A stretch of DNA of 64,000 nucleotides, taken from NCBI RefSeq assembly GCF_009914755.1, contig NC_060946.1; one strand, 5' to 3'. How positions within the stretch are numbered: the first letter of the stretch is position 1; every line of letters begins with the position of its first letter. Below the pieces are notes generated by a model, which searched no databases, had not been told where the DNA came from, and saw only the letters and a list, made by a program, of their open reading frames with translations. The stretch comes from the human T2T-CHM13v2.0 reference genome, Homo sapiens. The translations under genes were made by a program, and so were the position numbers. Shown piece by piece: positions 10,151 to 24,100 of the stretch.

Positions 10151-13100
10151 CCATTCCATTCCATGCCATTCCTTTGGAATCCATTCTATTCATGTCCATT
10201 CATTTCGAGCCCATTCCATTCCATTCCATTCCATTCGATGCCATTCCATTCGACTCTATTCTCTTTGACTCCACTCCATTCAATTCCATTCAATCAGACT
10301 CCATTCCATTCTATTCCCTTCTGATCCACTCCATTGCATTCCATTCGTTTCAATTCCCTTCGAGTCCATTCAACACCAGTCCATTCCATTCAAGTGCATT
10401 CCTTTCCAGTCCATTCCATTTGAATCCATTCCATTCCATTCCACTCCATTTAATTTGATATCTTTCCATTACACTCCATTCCATTCTATTCCTTTTGATT
10501 CAGTTCATTTCCATTCTATTAGATTCAATTCCATTCAATTGCATTCCATTCCACTCCATTCCATTCTTGTCCATTCCATTGCTTTCCGTTCGATTCCAGT
10601 CAGTTCGATTCCATTTTGTACAAGTCCATTCCATTCGAATCCATTCCATTCCAGTCCATTCCTATTGATACCATTCCATTCGATTCCATTCCATTCGATT
10701 CCATTCCACTCGATTACACTCCATTCCATTCCATTGTATTCCATTCTATTCCATTCCTTTTAATTCCTTACCATTCCATTTTATTACATTCCATTAGATT
10801 GCATTCGTTTCGAATCAATTACATTGCAGTCCATTACATTTGAGTGTGTTCTATTCCAGTCCATTCCATTCCGGTCTATTCCATTCGATTCCTTTCCATT
10901 CGATTCCATCCCATACTATTGCATTCCATTCGATTCCAGTCTATTCGAATAAATTCTATTCGAGAAAATTCCTTTTGAGTCCATTCTATTTGACTCCATT
11001 TCATTTGAGTTCATTACATTTGGGACCTTCCATTCCATTCCATTCCATTCGATGCCATTCCATTCCATTCTTTTCCATTCGAGCCCATTCCATTCGGGTG
11101 CATTCCATTCCATTCACTTCCATTCCATTCCATTCCATGCCATTCCATTAGATTCTATTCCTTTCAACTCCATTCCATTCTATTTTGTTCCATCCGATTC
11201 CATTCCATTGTATTCCATTCCAATCCAATCCATTCCATTCCACTTGATTCCACTCCATTCCATTTTATTGCATTTCATTCTATTCCATTGCCATTCCATT
11301 CAATTCTACTCCATGCGAGTCCATTCCATTCGAGTCCATTGCATTCCATTCCATTCGATTGCATTCCATATGATTCTGTTCCTTTCGACTCCATTCCAAT
11401 CCACTCTGTTCCTTCTGATTCCATTCCATTCTTTTCCTTTCCATTCCAATCAATTCCCTTCCATTCGTTTCCTTTCCGTTCGAGACCATTTCCCTGTGGT
11501 CCATACCATTCAGGTCTATTCCATTCGAGTCCATTCCTTTCCATTCCATTCCATTCTATATCTTGCCATTACACTCCCTTCCGTTCCATTCCATTTGATG
11601 CCATTCCATCCTATTCTATTCCATTCGAGTTCATTCCTTTCGAGTCCATTCCATTCCACTCCATTCGATGCCATTCCTTTTAACTCCTCTCCATTCGTCT
11701 CCATTCCATTCCATTTAGTTCTTTCCGATTCCATTCCATTCTATTCCATTCCATTCTTTTCCCTTCCATTCGAGTCCATTCCACTGCAGTCCATTTCTTT
11801 CGAGTCCATTCCATTCCATTCTATTCCATTCGTGTCCATTCCATTGCATTCGATATCTTTCCATTACACTCCATTAAATTCTATCCTTTCGATTCCATTC
11901 AATTCCATTCCATTCGATTCCATTCCATTGAATTCCCTTCCATTCGACTGCATTCCATTCGAGGCCATTGCATTCCGTTTCATTTGATTCCATTCCATTT
12001 GATTCCATTTTTTTCCAGTCCATTCCTTTCAAGTCCATTCCATTCCAGTCTATTCCAATCGATTCCAATCGATTCGATATCATTCCTTTTGATTCAATTC
12101 CACTCGATTTCACTCCGTTCCATTCCATTGCATTCCATTCTGTACCATTCCTTTGCATTCCATTCCATTCCATTTGATTACATTCCATTCGATTCCATTC
12201 CATTCGAATCAATTATATTGTAATGCAAGGCATTCAGGTCCGTTCTATTCCAGTCCATTCCATTACGGTCCATTCCATTCGATTCCATTTCATATTATTG
12301 CATTCCCTTCGATTCCATTCTATTCGAATAAATTCCATTCGAGACCATTCCTTTCAAGTCCATTATATTTGAGTCCATTCCATTTGAGTCCATTACATTT
12401 GGGTCCATTCCATTCCATTCCATTCCTTTCGATGCCATACAATTCGATTCTATTCCATTCGAGGACATTGCATTCGAGTCCAATTAATTTTAATCCATTC
12501 CATTCCATTCCATTCCATTTGATGCCATTCCAATTGATTGTATTCCATTCGACTCCTTTCCATTCCATTCCATCCGATTCTATTCCATTCTATTCTTTTC
12601 CGTTCCATTCCATTCCATTCCATTCCATTCGTTTCCATTACATTCATGTCCATTCCACTCCAGGCCATTCCAGTCGAGTCCATTCCATTCCAGTCCATTC
12701 TATCCGAGTCCATTCCATTCCATTCCATTCGATATCTTTCCATTAAACTCCATTCCATTCTATTCATTTTGATTCCATTCAATTCCATTCCATTCATTTC
12801 CTTTGCTTTTGATTCCATTCCATTTTACTCCACTGCATTCGAGTCCATTCCATTCCATTCCATTCCACTCCATTCCATTCAGTTCCATTCTATTCCAATC
12901 CGTTTGATTCCATTTTTTCCAGTCCATTCCATTCGTGTCCATTCTATTCCAGTCCATTCGATTTGATTCCATTCCATTTGATTCCATTCCCCTCGATTGC
13001 ACTCCATTCCATTCCATTGCATTCCATTCTATTCCATTAAAATGCATTCCATTCCATTCCATTTGGTTATATTCCATTCGATTCCATTCCACTAGAATCA

Positions 13101-14033
13101 ATTGCTTTGCAATCCATTATATTCGAGTCCGTTCTATTCCAGTCCATTCCATTCCGGTCCATTCCATTCGATTACATTCCTTTCGATTCCATTACATACT
13201 ATTGCATTCCATTCGATTCCATTTTATTTGAATAAATTCAATTCGAGACCATTGCTTTCGAGTCCATTCTATTTGAGTCCATTCCAGTCGAGTCCATTAC
13301 ATTTGGGTAAATTCTATTGCATTCCATTGCATTCCATTCGATGCCATTCCATTTGATTCTATTCCATTCAAGTCCGCTCCATTCGAGTCCTTTCCATTCC
13401 ATTACATTCCATTCAATGTCATTCAATTCGATTCTATTCCATTCGACTCCATTCCATTCCATTCAGTTCCATCCAATTAAATTCCATTGTATTCCTTTCC
13501 ATTCCATTCCATTCTATTCAATTCGTTTCCTTTCCATTCGAGTCCATTCCACTCCAATCCATTCAATTCGAGTCCATTCCATTCCTGGCCATTACATTCG
13601 AGTCCATTCCATTCCATTCGATATCTTTCCATTACACTCCCTTCCATTCTTTTCCATTCAATGTCATTCAATTCTATTCAATTCCATTCGAGTCCATTCC
13701 ATTCAATTCCTTTCCATTCAATGCCATTCCATTCGATTCTATTCCATTCGACTCCATTCTATTCCATTCCATTCCATCCGATTCCTTCCATTCTATTCCT
13801 TTAAATTCCATTCCATTAACTCCATTCCATTCGTTTCCATTTCATTCGAGAGCACTCCGCTGTAGTCCATTCCATTCCAGTCCATTCCACTTGAGTCCAT
13901 TCCACTCCAGTCCATTCCATTTGATTCCATTCCATTCCAGTCCATTCCATTCGAATTCATTCCATTCCATTCAATTCCACTCCATTTGATATTATTCCAT
14001 TATTCTCCATTCCATTCCATTCCATGCCATGCC

Positions 14034-14072
14034 ATTCTATTCTATTCTATTCTATTCTATTCTATTCTATTC
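14034..14072 (+). repeat. (ATTCT)n microsatellite run, 7 full units plus ATTC
   Basis: GCC-ATTCT x7-ATTC-AAG read directly. Confidence 0.9.
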
Positions 14073-15825
14073 AAGTGCATTCCATTCAAGAAGTCCATTC
14101 CATTCCATTCCATTCTCTCCGATGCCATTCCATTCGATTCTATTCCATTTGACTCCATTTCATTTCATTTCATTCCATCTGATTCCATTCCATTCTATTC
14201 CTTTCCATTCTATTCCATTCCATTCCATTCCTTTCCATTTCTTTCGAGTCCATTCCACTCCAGTCCATTCCATTTGAGTCCACTTCATTCCATTCCATTC
14301 CATTCGAATCTATTTCATTGCAGCCCATTCCATTCGAGTCTATTCCCCTTCTTTCCATTTCATTCGATATCTTTCTATTACACTCCATTCTATTCTTTTC
14401 CTTTCGATTCCATTCAATTCCATACCATTCGGTTCCATTCCATTCGACTCCATTCCATTGACGTCCATTCTTTTCCATTCTATTACATTCCGTTCCGTTT
14501 GATTCTGATCCGTTGGATTCCATTTTGTTCCAGTCCATTCCAATCGAGACCATTGAATTCCAGTCCATTCCATTCGATTCCATTCGATTCCATTCCATTC
14601 CACTTGATTCCACTCCGTTCCATTCCATTTCATTCCATTCTATTCCATTCCATTTGTTTACATTCCATTTGATTCCATTCCTTTCAAATCAAATACATTG
14701 CAATCCATTACATTCGAGTCCATTGTAATCCAGTCCATGCCATTCTGGTCCATTCCATTTGATTCCATTCTCTTCGATTCCATTCCATACTATTGCCTGC
14801 GATTCGATTCAATTCTTTTCAAATAAATTCCATTCGAGACCCTTCCTTTTGTGTCCATTCTATTTGTGTCCATTCCATTAGAGTCCATTACGTTTTGATG
14901 GCTTCCATTCCATTCCATTTCATTCCATTCCACTCCATTCGATGCCATTCCATTCGATTGTACTCCATTCGATTCCATTCCTTACCATTCCATTCAATTC
15001 AATGACATTCCAATCCATTCTATTCCATTTGACTCCATTCAATTCCATTCCGTTCCATCCAATTCCATTCCATTCTATTCCATTCCATTCCTTTCCATTC
15101 CATTCCATTCTTTTACATTCCATTCGAATGCATTCCACTCCAGTCCATTCCATTGGAGTCCATTCCATTCCAGTCCATTCCATAGGAGTCCAGTCTTCTC
15201 CATTGCATTCCATTCGATATCTTTCCATTACACTCCATTCAATTCTATTCTTTTCGTTTCTGTTCAATTCCATTATATTCGATTCCATTCCATTCAGTTC
15301 CATTCCATTCGACTCCATTCCATTCGAGTCCATTCCACTCCATTCCAGTCCATTCCATTCCATTCCTTTTGATTCCAATCCTTTCGATTCCATTTTCTTC
15401 CAGTCCATTCCATTCCAGTCCATTCCATTTGATTCCATTCCATTGGATTCCATTCCACTCGATTCCACTCTGTTCCATTCCATTGCCTTCCATTCTATTC
15501 CATTCCATTGCATTCCATTCCATTCCATTTGATTACATTCCATTCGATTTCAAGTCATTGGAATCAATTACATTACAATCCATTATATTCGAGTCCATTC
15601 TATTCCACTTAATTTCATTCCAGTCCATTCCATTCGATTGAATTCAATTCAATTCCATTCCATACTATTGCATTACTTTCGATTCCATTCTATTCGAATA
15701 AATACCATTCGAGACCATTCCTTTCAAGTCCATTCTATTTGAGCCCAATCCGTTCGAGTCCAATACATTTTGGTCCATTCCATTCCATTCCATTCCATTC
15801 CATTCCATTCCTTTCCTTTCCATTC

Positions 15826-16040
15826 GATGCCATTGCATTGGATTCTATTCCATTCGAATCCGTTCCATTTGAGTCCATTCAATTCCATTCCACTCCATTC
15901 CATTCCATTCCACTCCATTCCATTCGATGTCACTCCATTCGATTCTATTCTATTCGACTCCATCCCATTCCATTCCATTCCATTCCTTTTCGTTCCATTT
16001 GATGCCATTGCATTGGATTCTATTCCATTCGAATCCATTC
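15826..16040 (+). repeat. 175-bp-offset local duplication
   Basis: GATGCCATTGCATTGGATTCTATTCCATTCGAATCC at 15826 and 16001. Confidence 0.75.
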
Positions 16041-18040
16041 CATTCGAGTCCATTCCATTCCGTTCCACTCCATTCCATTCTATGCCTTTCCTTTTGATTG
16101 TATTCCATTCGACTCCATTCCATTCCATTCCGTTCCATCCGATTCCATTGCATTCTATTCCTATCCATTCCATTCCTTTCCATTCCATTCTTTTCCGTTC
16201 CATTTGAGTCCATTCCACTCCAGTCCATTCCATTCGAGACCATTCCATTCGAGCCCAGTCCATTCGAGTCCATTCCATTTGATATTTTTCCATTACACTC
16301 CATTCCATTCTATTCCTTTTGATTCCATCCAATTCCATTCCATTCGTTTCCTTTCCATTCAGTTCCATTCCATTCGACACCATTCAATTCGAGTCCATTC
16401 CATTTCATTCCGTTCCATTGGATACCAATCCGTTGGATTCCATTTTGTTCCACTCCATTCCTTTCAATTCCACTCCATTCCGGTCCATTCCATTCGATTC
16501 CATTCCATTCTATTCTATTCCATTCGATTCCATTCCACTGGTTTCCACTCCATTCCATTCAATTGCATTCCATTGCACACCATTCCATTCCATTTGATTA
16601 CACTCCATTTCAATCCATTCCATTCAAATCAATTTCATTGCAATCAATTACTTTCGAGTCCGTTCTATTCTTGTCCATTCCATTCGATTCCATTCCTTTC
16701 GATTCCATTCCATAGTATTGCATTCCATTTGATTCTATTCTATTCGAATAAATTCCTTTCGATACCATTACTTTGGAGTCCATTCCATTTGAATCCATTG
16801 CTTTCAATTCCATTACCTTTGGGTCCATTCCATTCCATTCTATTCGATTCCATTCCATTCGACTCCATTCCAATCGAGTCCATTCCATTCCATTCCACTC
16901 CATTCCATTCCATTCCATTCCGTTCCTTTTGATTCCAATCCGTTCGATTCTATTTTGTTTCAATCCATTCCTTTCGAGTCCATTCCATACCAGTCCATTC
17001 CATTCGAATTCATTCCATTCGATTCCTTTCCATTCAATTCCTTTCCACTCAATTCCACTCCCTTCCATTCCATTGCATTCCATTCTATTCCATTCCATTG
17101 CATTCCACTCTATTCCATTCCACGGCATTCCCTCCCATTCCATTTGATTACATTTCATTCAATTCCATTCCATTGGAATCAATTACATTGCAATACATTA
17201 CATTCGATTCTGTTCTATTTCAGTCCATTCCATTCCTGTCCATCCATTTGATTCCATTCCATTCGATTGCAATCCATACTCTTGCATTCCATTCGATTCC
17301 ATTTTATTCGAATAAATTCCATTGGAGAAAATTCCTTTTGAGTCCATTCTATTTGAGTGCATTCCATTCGAGTCCATTACATTGGGCCCATTCCATTTCA
17401 TTCCATTCTATTCCATTCCATTCCATTCCATTCCATCCCATTCCATTCGATGCCATTCTATTCTATTGTATTCCTTTTGAGTCCATTCCATTCCATTCCA
17501 TTTGATGCCATTCCATTCGTTTCTCTTTCATTCAACTCCATTCCATTCCATTTCGTTCCATCCAATTCCATTCCATTCTATTCCTTTCCATTCCATTCCA
17601 TTAAATTCCGTTCCATTCCATTCCATTCCATTTCATTCCATTCCATTCCATTCGTATCCATAACATTTTAGAGCATTCCAGTCCAGTCCATTCCATTCGA
17701 GTCCATTCCATTCCAGCCCATTCCATTCGAGTCCATTCCACTCCATTCCATTGCATTCGAGTCAATTCCATTACAGTCAATTCCACTTGAGTCCATTCCA
17801 TTCCGTTCCATTCCATTCCATTCCATTCGCTACCTTTCCATTACAGTCCATTCCATTCCATTCCATTCGATGCCATTCCATTCTATTCTATTCCATTCCA
17901 TTCCATTCAAGTCCATTCCTGTCCATTCCATTTGATACTTTTCCATTACATTCCTTTCCATTCCATTCCATTCGATGCCATTTCATTCTATTGTATTCCA
18001 TTCCATTCCATTCCATTCGAGTCCATTCCATTCCATTCCA

Positions 18041-18142
18041 TTCGATGCCATTCCATTCAATTCTCCATTCGACTCCATTCCATTCCATTCCATTCGATGC
18101 CATTCCATTCAATTCTCCATTCGACTCCATTCCATTCCATTC
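18041..18142 (+). repeat. 52-bp tandem duplication
   Basis: TTCGATGCCATTCCATTCAATTCTCCATTCGACTCCATTCC at 18041 and 18093. Confidence 0.85.
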
Positions 18143-21100
18143 TGTTCCATCCAATTCCTTTCCATTCTATTCTTTTCCATTCCATTCCAATCCATTCTAT
18201 TCCATTCGTTTTCATTCCATTTGAGTCCTTTCCATTCCTTTCCATTCCATTCAAGTTCATTCCATTGCAGTCCATTCCATTCCAGTCCATTCCATTCGAG
18301 TCCATTCCATTGCATTCGATATCTTTCCATTACACTCCATTCCATTCTATTCCTTTCAATTCCATTCAATTCCATTCCTTTCGATTCCTTTCCATTCCTT
18401 CCTTTTCATTTGATTCCTATCCGTTCGATTCCATTTTGTTCCAGTCCATTCCATTCGAGTCCATTCCATTCGAGTCCATTCCATTCGATTCCATTGCATT
18501 CGATTACATTCCATTCGATTCCATTACACTCGATTACACTAAGTTACAATCCATTGCATTCCATTGTCTTCCATTCCATTGCATTCCATTCCATTCCATT
18601 TGATTACTTTCCATTCGATTCCATTCCCTTCAAATCAATTACATTGCAATCCATTATATTCGAGAGTGTTCTGTTTCAGTCCATTCCATTCCTGTCCATT
18701 CCATTCGATTCCTTTCCATTCGATTCCATTCCACACTTTTGCATTCCATTCGATTCCATTCTATTTGAATAAATTCCATTTGAGAACATTCCTTTCGAGT
18801 CCATTCTATTTGATTCCATTCTGTTCATTTCCATTCCATTTGGGTCCATTCCATTCCATTCCAATTCATTCCATTCCATTCCATTCAATGCCATTCCATT
18901 CTCTTCTATTCCATTCGCGTCCATTCCATTCGAGTAAATTCCATTCCATTCCATTCGATGCCGTTCTTTTCGATTCTATATCATTCGACTCCATTCCATT
19001 CCATTCCATCTGATTCCTTCCATTCTATTCCTTTCCATTCCATTGCATTCTCTTCCATTCCATGCTTTTCCATTCTATTCAAGTCCATTCCATTCCAGTC
19101 CATTCCATTCGAGTCCATTCCATTCCATTCCATTCAATGCCAATCTTTTCGATTCTATTACATTCAAATCAATTCCATTCCATTCCATTCCATCCGATTC
19201 CTTCCATTCTATTCCTTTCCATTCCATTCAATTCCATTCCATTCTCTTCCATTCCATTCCAGTCCATTCCATCCTAGTCCATTCCATTCGAGTGCATTCC
19301 ACTCCAGTCTATTCCATTCCTGTCCAATCCATTTGAGTCCATTCCATTACATTCCATTTCTTTTGCTATCTTTCCATTACACTCTCTTCCGTTCCATTCA
19401 GTTCGATGCCATTCCATTCTATTATATTCCATTCGAGCCTGTTCCATTTGAGTCCATTCCATTCCATTCCATTCCATTCCATTCCATTCCGCTCCATTCC
19501 GTTCCATTCTGTCCAATGCCATTCCATTCGATTCTATTCCATTCGACTCCATTTCATTCCATTCATTTCCATTTTATTCCATTCCATTCTATTCCTTTCC
19601 ATTCCATTCCATTCCATTCCATTCCATTCGTTTCCATTCCATTTGAGACCTTTCCACTCCTGTCCATTCCATTCGAGTCCATTTCGTTCCTGTCCATTCC
19701 ATTCGAGTTGATGCCATTCCTTTCCATTCCATTCGATATCTTTCCATTACACTCCATTCTATTGTATTCCTTTTAATTCAATTCAATTCCCTTCCATTTG
19801 GTTCCATTCCATTCATCTCCTTCCATTCACATCCATTCCTTTCCATTTCCATTCCATTCTATTACGTTCGATTCCAATCCGTTCAATTCCATTTTCCTCC
19901 AGTCCATTCCATTCTAGTCCATTCCATTCCAGTCCATTCCATTCAATTCCATTCCATTCGATTCCATTCCACTCGGTTTCTAGACGTTCCATTATATTGC
20001 ATTTCATTCCATTCCATTCCATTCCAGTTGATTACATTCCATTGGATTCCATTTTTTCGAATCAAATACATTGCAATCCATTACATTCGAGTCAGTTGTA
20101 TTCTTGTCCATTCCATTCTGGTCCATTCCCCTTGACTCCAGTCCATCCGATTCCATTCCATACTATTGCATTCGATTCGATTCCATTCTCTTCAAATAAA
20201 TTCCATTCGAGACCCTTCCTTCTGAGTCCATTCTATTTGTGTCCATTCATTAGAGTCCATTACATTTTGTTAGTTTTCATTCTGTTCCATTCCATTCCAT
20301 TTCATTCCGTTTGGTGCCATTCCATTCGATTCTACTCCATTCGAGACCATTCCATTCCATTTCATTCAATTCGATGCCATTCCATTCGATTCTACTCCAT
20401 TCAACTCCATTCAATTCTATTCCATTCCATCCAATTCCATTCCATTCTATTCCATTCAATTCCTTTCCATTCCATTCCATTCGTTTCCATTCATTTCGAG
20501 TCATTCCACTCCAGTCCATTCCATTCGAGTCCATTCCATTCCTGTTAATTCCATTGGAGTCCATTCCTTTCCATTTCATTCCATTCGATATATTTCCTTT
20601 ACACTCCATTCCATCCTATTCCTTTCTATTCTATTCAATTCCATTCCATTCGATTCCATTCCATTCGGTTCGATTCCATTCGACTCCATTCCATTAGTGT
20701 GCATTCCATTCCATTCCATTCATTCCCAATCCATTCGATTCCAGTTTTTTCCAGTCCACTCCATTCAATTCCATTCCATTCGAATCCATTCCACTCGATT
20801 CCACTCTCTTCCATTCCATTGCCTTCCATTCTATTCCATTCCATTGCATTCCATTCAATTCCATTTGATTACATTACTTTTGATTCATAGGCATTGGAAT
20901 CAATTACTTTTCAATCCGTTATATTCGATTCCATTCTATTCCAGTCCATTCCTTTCCAGACCATTCCATTCGATTCCATTCCATTCGATTCCATTCCATA
21001 CTATTGCATTCCTTTGGATTCCATTTTATTCGAATAAACTCCATTCGAGACTATTCCTTTCGAGTCCATTCTATTTGAGTCCATTCAATTCGAGTCCATT

Positions 21101-24100
21101 ACATTTGTGTCCATTCCCTTCCATTCCTTTGCATTCCATTAGATGCCATTCCATTGGATGCTATTCCATTCTAATCCGTTCCTTTCAAGTCCATTCCATT
21201 CCATTGCACTCCATTCCATTTGATGACATTCCATTCTATTCTATTCCATTCAAATCCATTCCATTCCATTCCATTCCATCCGATTCCATTCCATTCTATT
21301 CCTTTCCATTCCATTTCATTCCATTGGTTTACATTCCATTCGTGTCCATTCCACTCCGTTCCATCCCATTCGAGACCATTCCATTCAAGTTCTGTCCATT
21401 CGAGTCCATTCCATTACATTCCATTTGATATCTTTCTAATACACTCCATTCCATTCTATTGCTTTTGATTCCATTCTATTCCATTCCATTCTATTGCTTT
21501 TGATTCCATTCAATTCCATTCCATTTGATTCCAATGCATTCGGTTCCGTTCCATTTAACACCATTAAATTCGAGTCCATTCCAATCCATTTCATTCTGTT
21601 CCGTTCGATACCAATCCGTTCGATTCCATTTTGTTCGACTCCATTGCATTCGAATCAATTCTATTCCATTCCATTCCATTCGATTTCATTCGATTGTATT
21701 CCATTCCTTTCCATTCCATTTCACTCGATTCCACTCCGTTCCATTCCTTTGCATTCCATTCTATTCCATTCCATTGCATGGCATTCAATTCCATTTGATT
21801 ACATTCATTTCGATTCCATTCTATTCAAATCTATTACATTGAAATCCATTACATTCAAGTCCGTTCTATTCCAGTCCATTCCATTCTGGTCCATTCTATT
21901 CGATTCCATTCCTTTCGATTCCATTCCATATTATTGCATTCCATTCGATTCCATTCTATTCGAATAAATTCCATTTGATTCCATTCCTCTCGATTCCATT
22001 CTATTTGAATCCATTCCATTCGAGTCCATCACCTTTGCGTCCATTCCATTCCATTCCATTTGATGCCATTCCATTGTATTCTATTCCTTTCGAATCCATT
22101 CCATTCGAGTCCATTGCATTCCATTCCATTCCATTCTATTCGTTGCCATTCCATTCTATTCTACTCCTTTCTCTTTCATTCCATTCGAATCCCTTCCATT
22201 CCATTCTATTCCATTCCATTCCATTCCATTCGATGCCATTCCATTCGACTCTATTCCATTCGAATCCATTCCGTTCCATTCCATTCTTTCCGTTCCGTTC
22301 AACTCCAATCCATTCAATTCCAGTTTTCTCCAGTCCATTCCATTCGAGTCCATTCCATTCAAGTCCATTTCATTCCAGTGCATTCCATTCAATTCCATTC
22401 CATTACATCCCATTCCATTCGATTCCATTCAACTCCATCCCACCCCATTCCACTCCATTCCATTCCATTGCATTCCATTCTCTTCCATTCCATTGCATTC
22501 CATTCCATTCCATTTGATTACATTCCATTCTATTCCATTCCATTCATGTCCATTCCATTGAATTCTATTCCATTCTGCTTCGTGCGATTCAAATCCTTTC
22601 AATTCCATTTTTTTCCAGTCCATTCCATTCGAGCCCAGTCCATTCCATTGCATTGCCTTCCATTTCATTCCATTCCAATCCATTCGATGTCATTCCATTC
22701 TATTCTATTAGATTTGAGTGCATTCCATTCGAGTCCATCCCATTCCGTTCCATTCCATTTGATGCCATCTCTTTTGATTCTCTTCCATTCGACTCCATTC
22801 CATTCCTTCCATTCCATTTGATATCTTTCCATTACACTCCTTTCCATTGTATTACTTTCGATTTCATTCAGTTCCATTCCTTTCAGTTCCATTCCATTCA
22901 AATCCATTCCATTCCATTCCTTTCGGTTGCATTCCATTCGACTCCTTTCCATTCGAGACCATTCTCTTCCACTCCATTCCATTCCTTTCCGTTCGATTCC
23001 AATCCTTTTGATTCCATTTTGTTCCAGTCCATTACATTCGAGTCCATTCCATTACACTCCATTCTATTTGAGTCCATTACATTCGAGTCCATTATATTTC
23101 AGTCCATTCCATTGAGTCCATTACATTTCTGTCCATTCCATTCCAATCCATTCCATTCCATTCGATGCCATTCCATTCGATTCTATTCCATTTGACTCCC
23201 TTCCATTCGAGAGCACTCCATTCCATTCCAATCCATTCCATTCCCTTCCATTCCATTCCATTCTATGCCATTCCATTCGATTTTATTCCATTCGTCTCCA
23301 TTCCATTCTCTCCGTTCCATCCGAGTCCATTCCATTGTATTCATTTACATTCCATTTCATTCCTTTCCATTCTATTCATTTCCATTACATTCGATTCCAT
23401 TCCTTTCCAGTCCTTTTCATTCGAGTCCTTTCCATTTGATTCTATTCTTTCTACTGCATTTCATTCGAGTCCATTATATTCCATTCCATTCCATTCCATT
23501 CAGTTCCATTTGATTCCAATCCATTCGATTCCATTTTGTTCCAGTCCATTCCATTCGAGTCCATTCCATTCCAGTCCATTCCATTCGATTCCATTCCATT
23601 TGATTCCATTCCACTCGATTCCACTCTATTCCATTCCATTGCATTCCATTCTATTCCATTCCATTGCTCTCAATTCCACTCCATTTGATTACATTCCATT
23701 CGATTCCATTCCATTTGAATCAATTACATTGCAATCCTTTACATTCGAGTCCGTTCTATTCCAGTCTATTCCATTCCGGTCCATTCCATTTGATTCCATT
23801 CCATTTGATTCAATTCCATACTATTTCATTTCATTCTATTCCATTCTATTAGAATGAATTCCATTCGAGACCATTCCTTTCGATTCCATTCCGTTTGAAT
23901 CCATTCCATTTGAGTCCATTACATTTGTGTCCATTCCATTCCATTCTATTCCAATCCATTCCATTTCATTCCGTTCCATTCCATTTCATTCCATTCCATT
24001 CAATTCCATTCCATTCCATTCGAGGCCATTACATTCGATTCTATTCCAATCGCGTCCTTTCAATTCAAGTCCATTCCATTCGCTGCCATTCCAATGGATG

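Noticed and set aside
11481-11520. Possible foreign insertion (TCCCTGTGGTCCATACC)
   Set aside because: It stays in pentamer register and aligns to the usual CCACTCCAGTCCATTCC motif; it is only a diverged patch.
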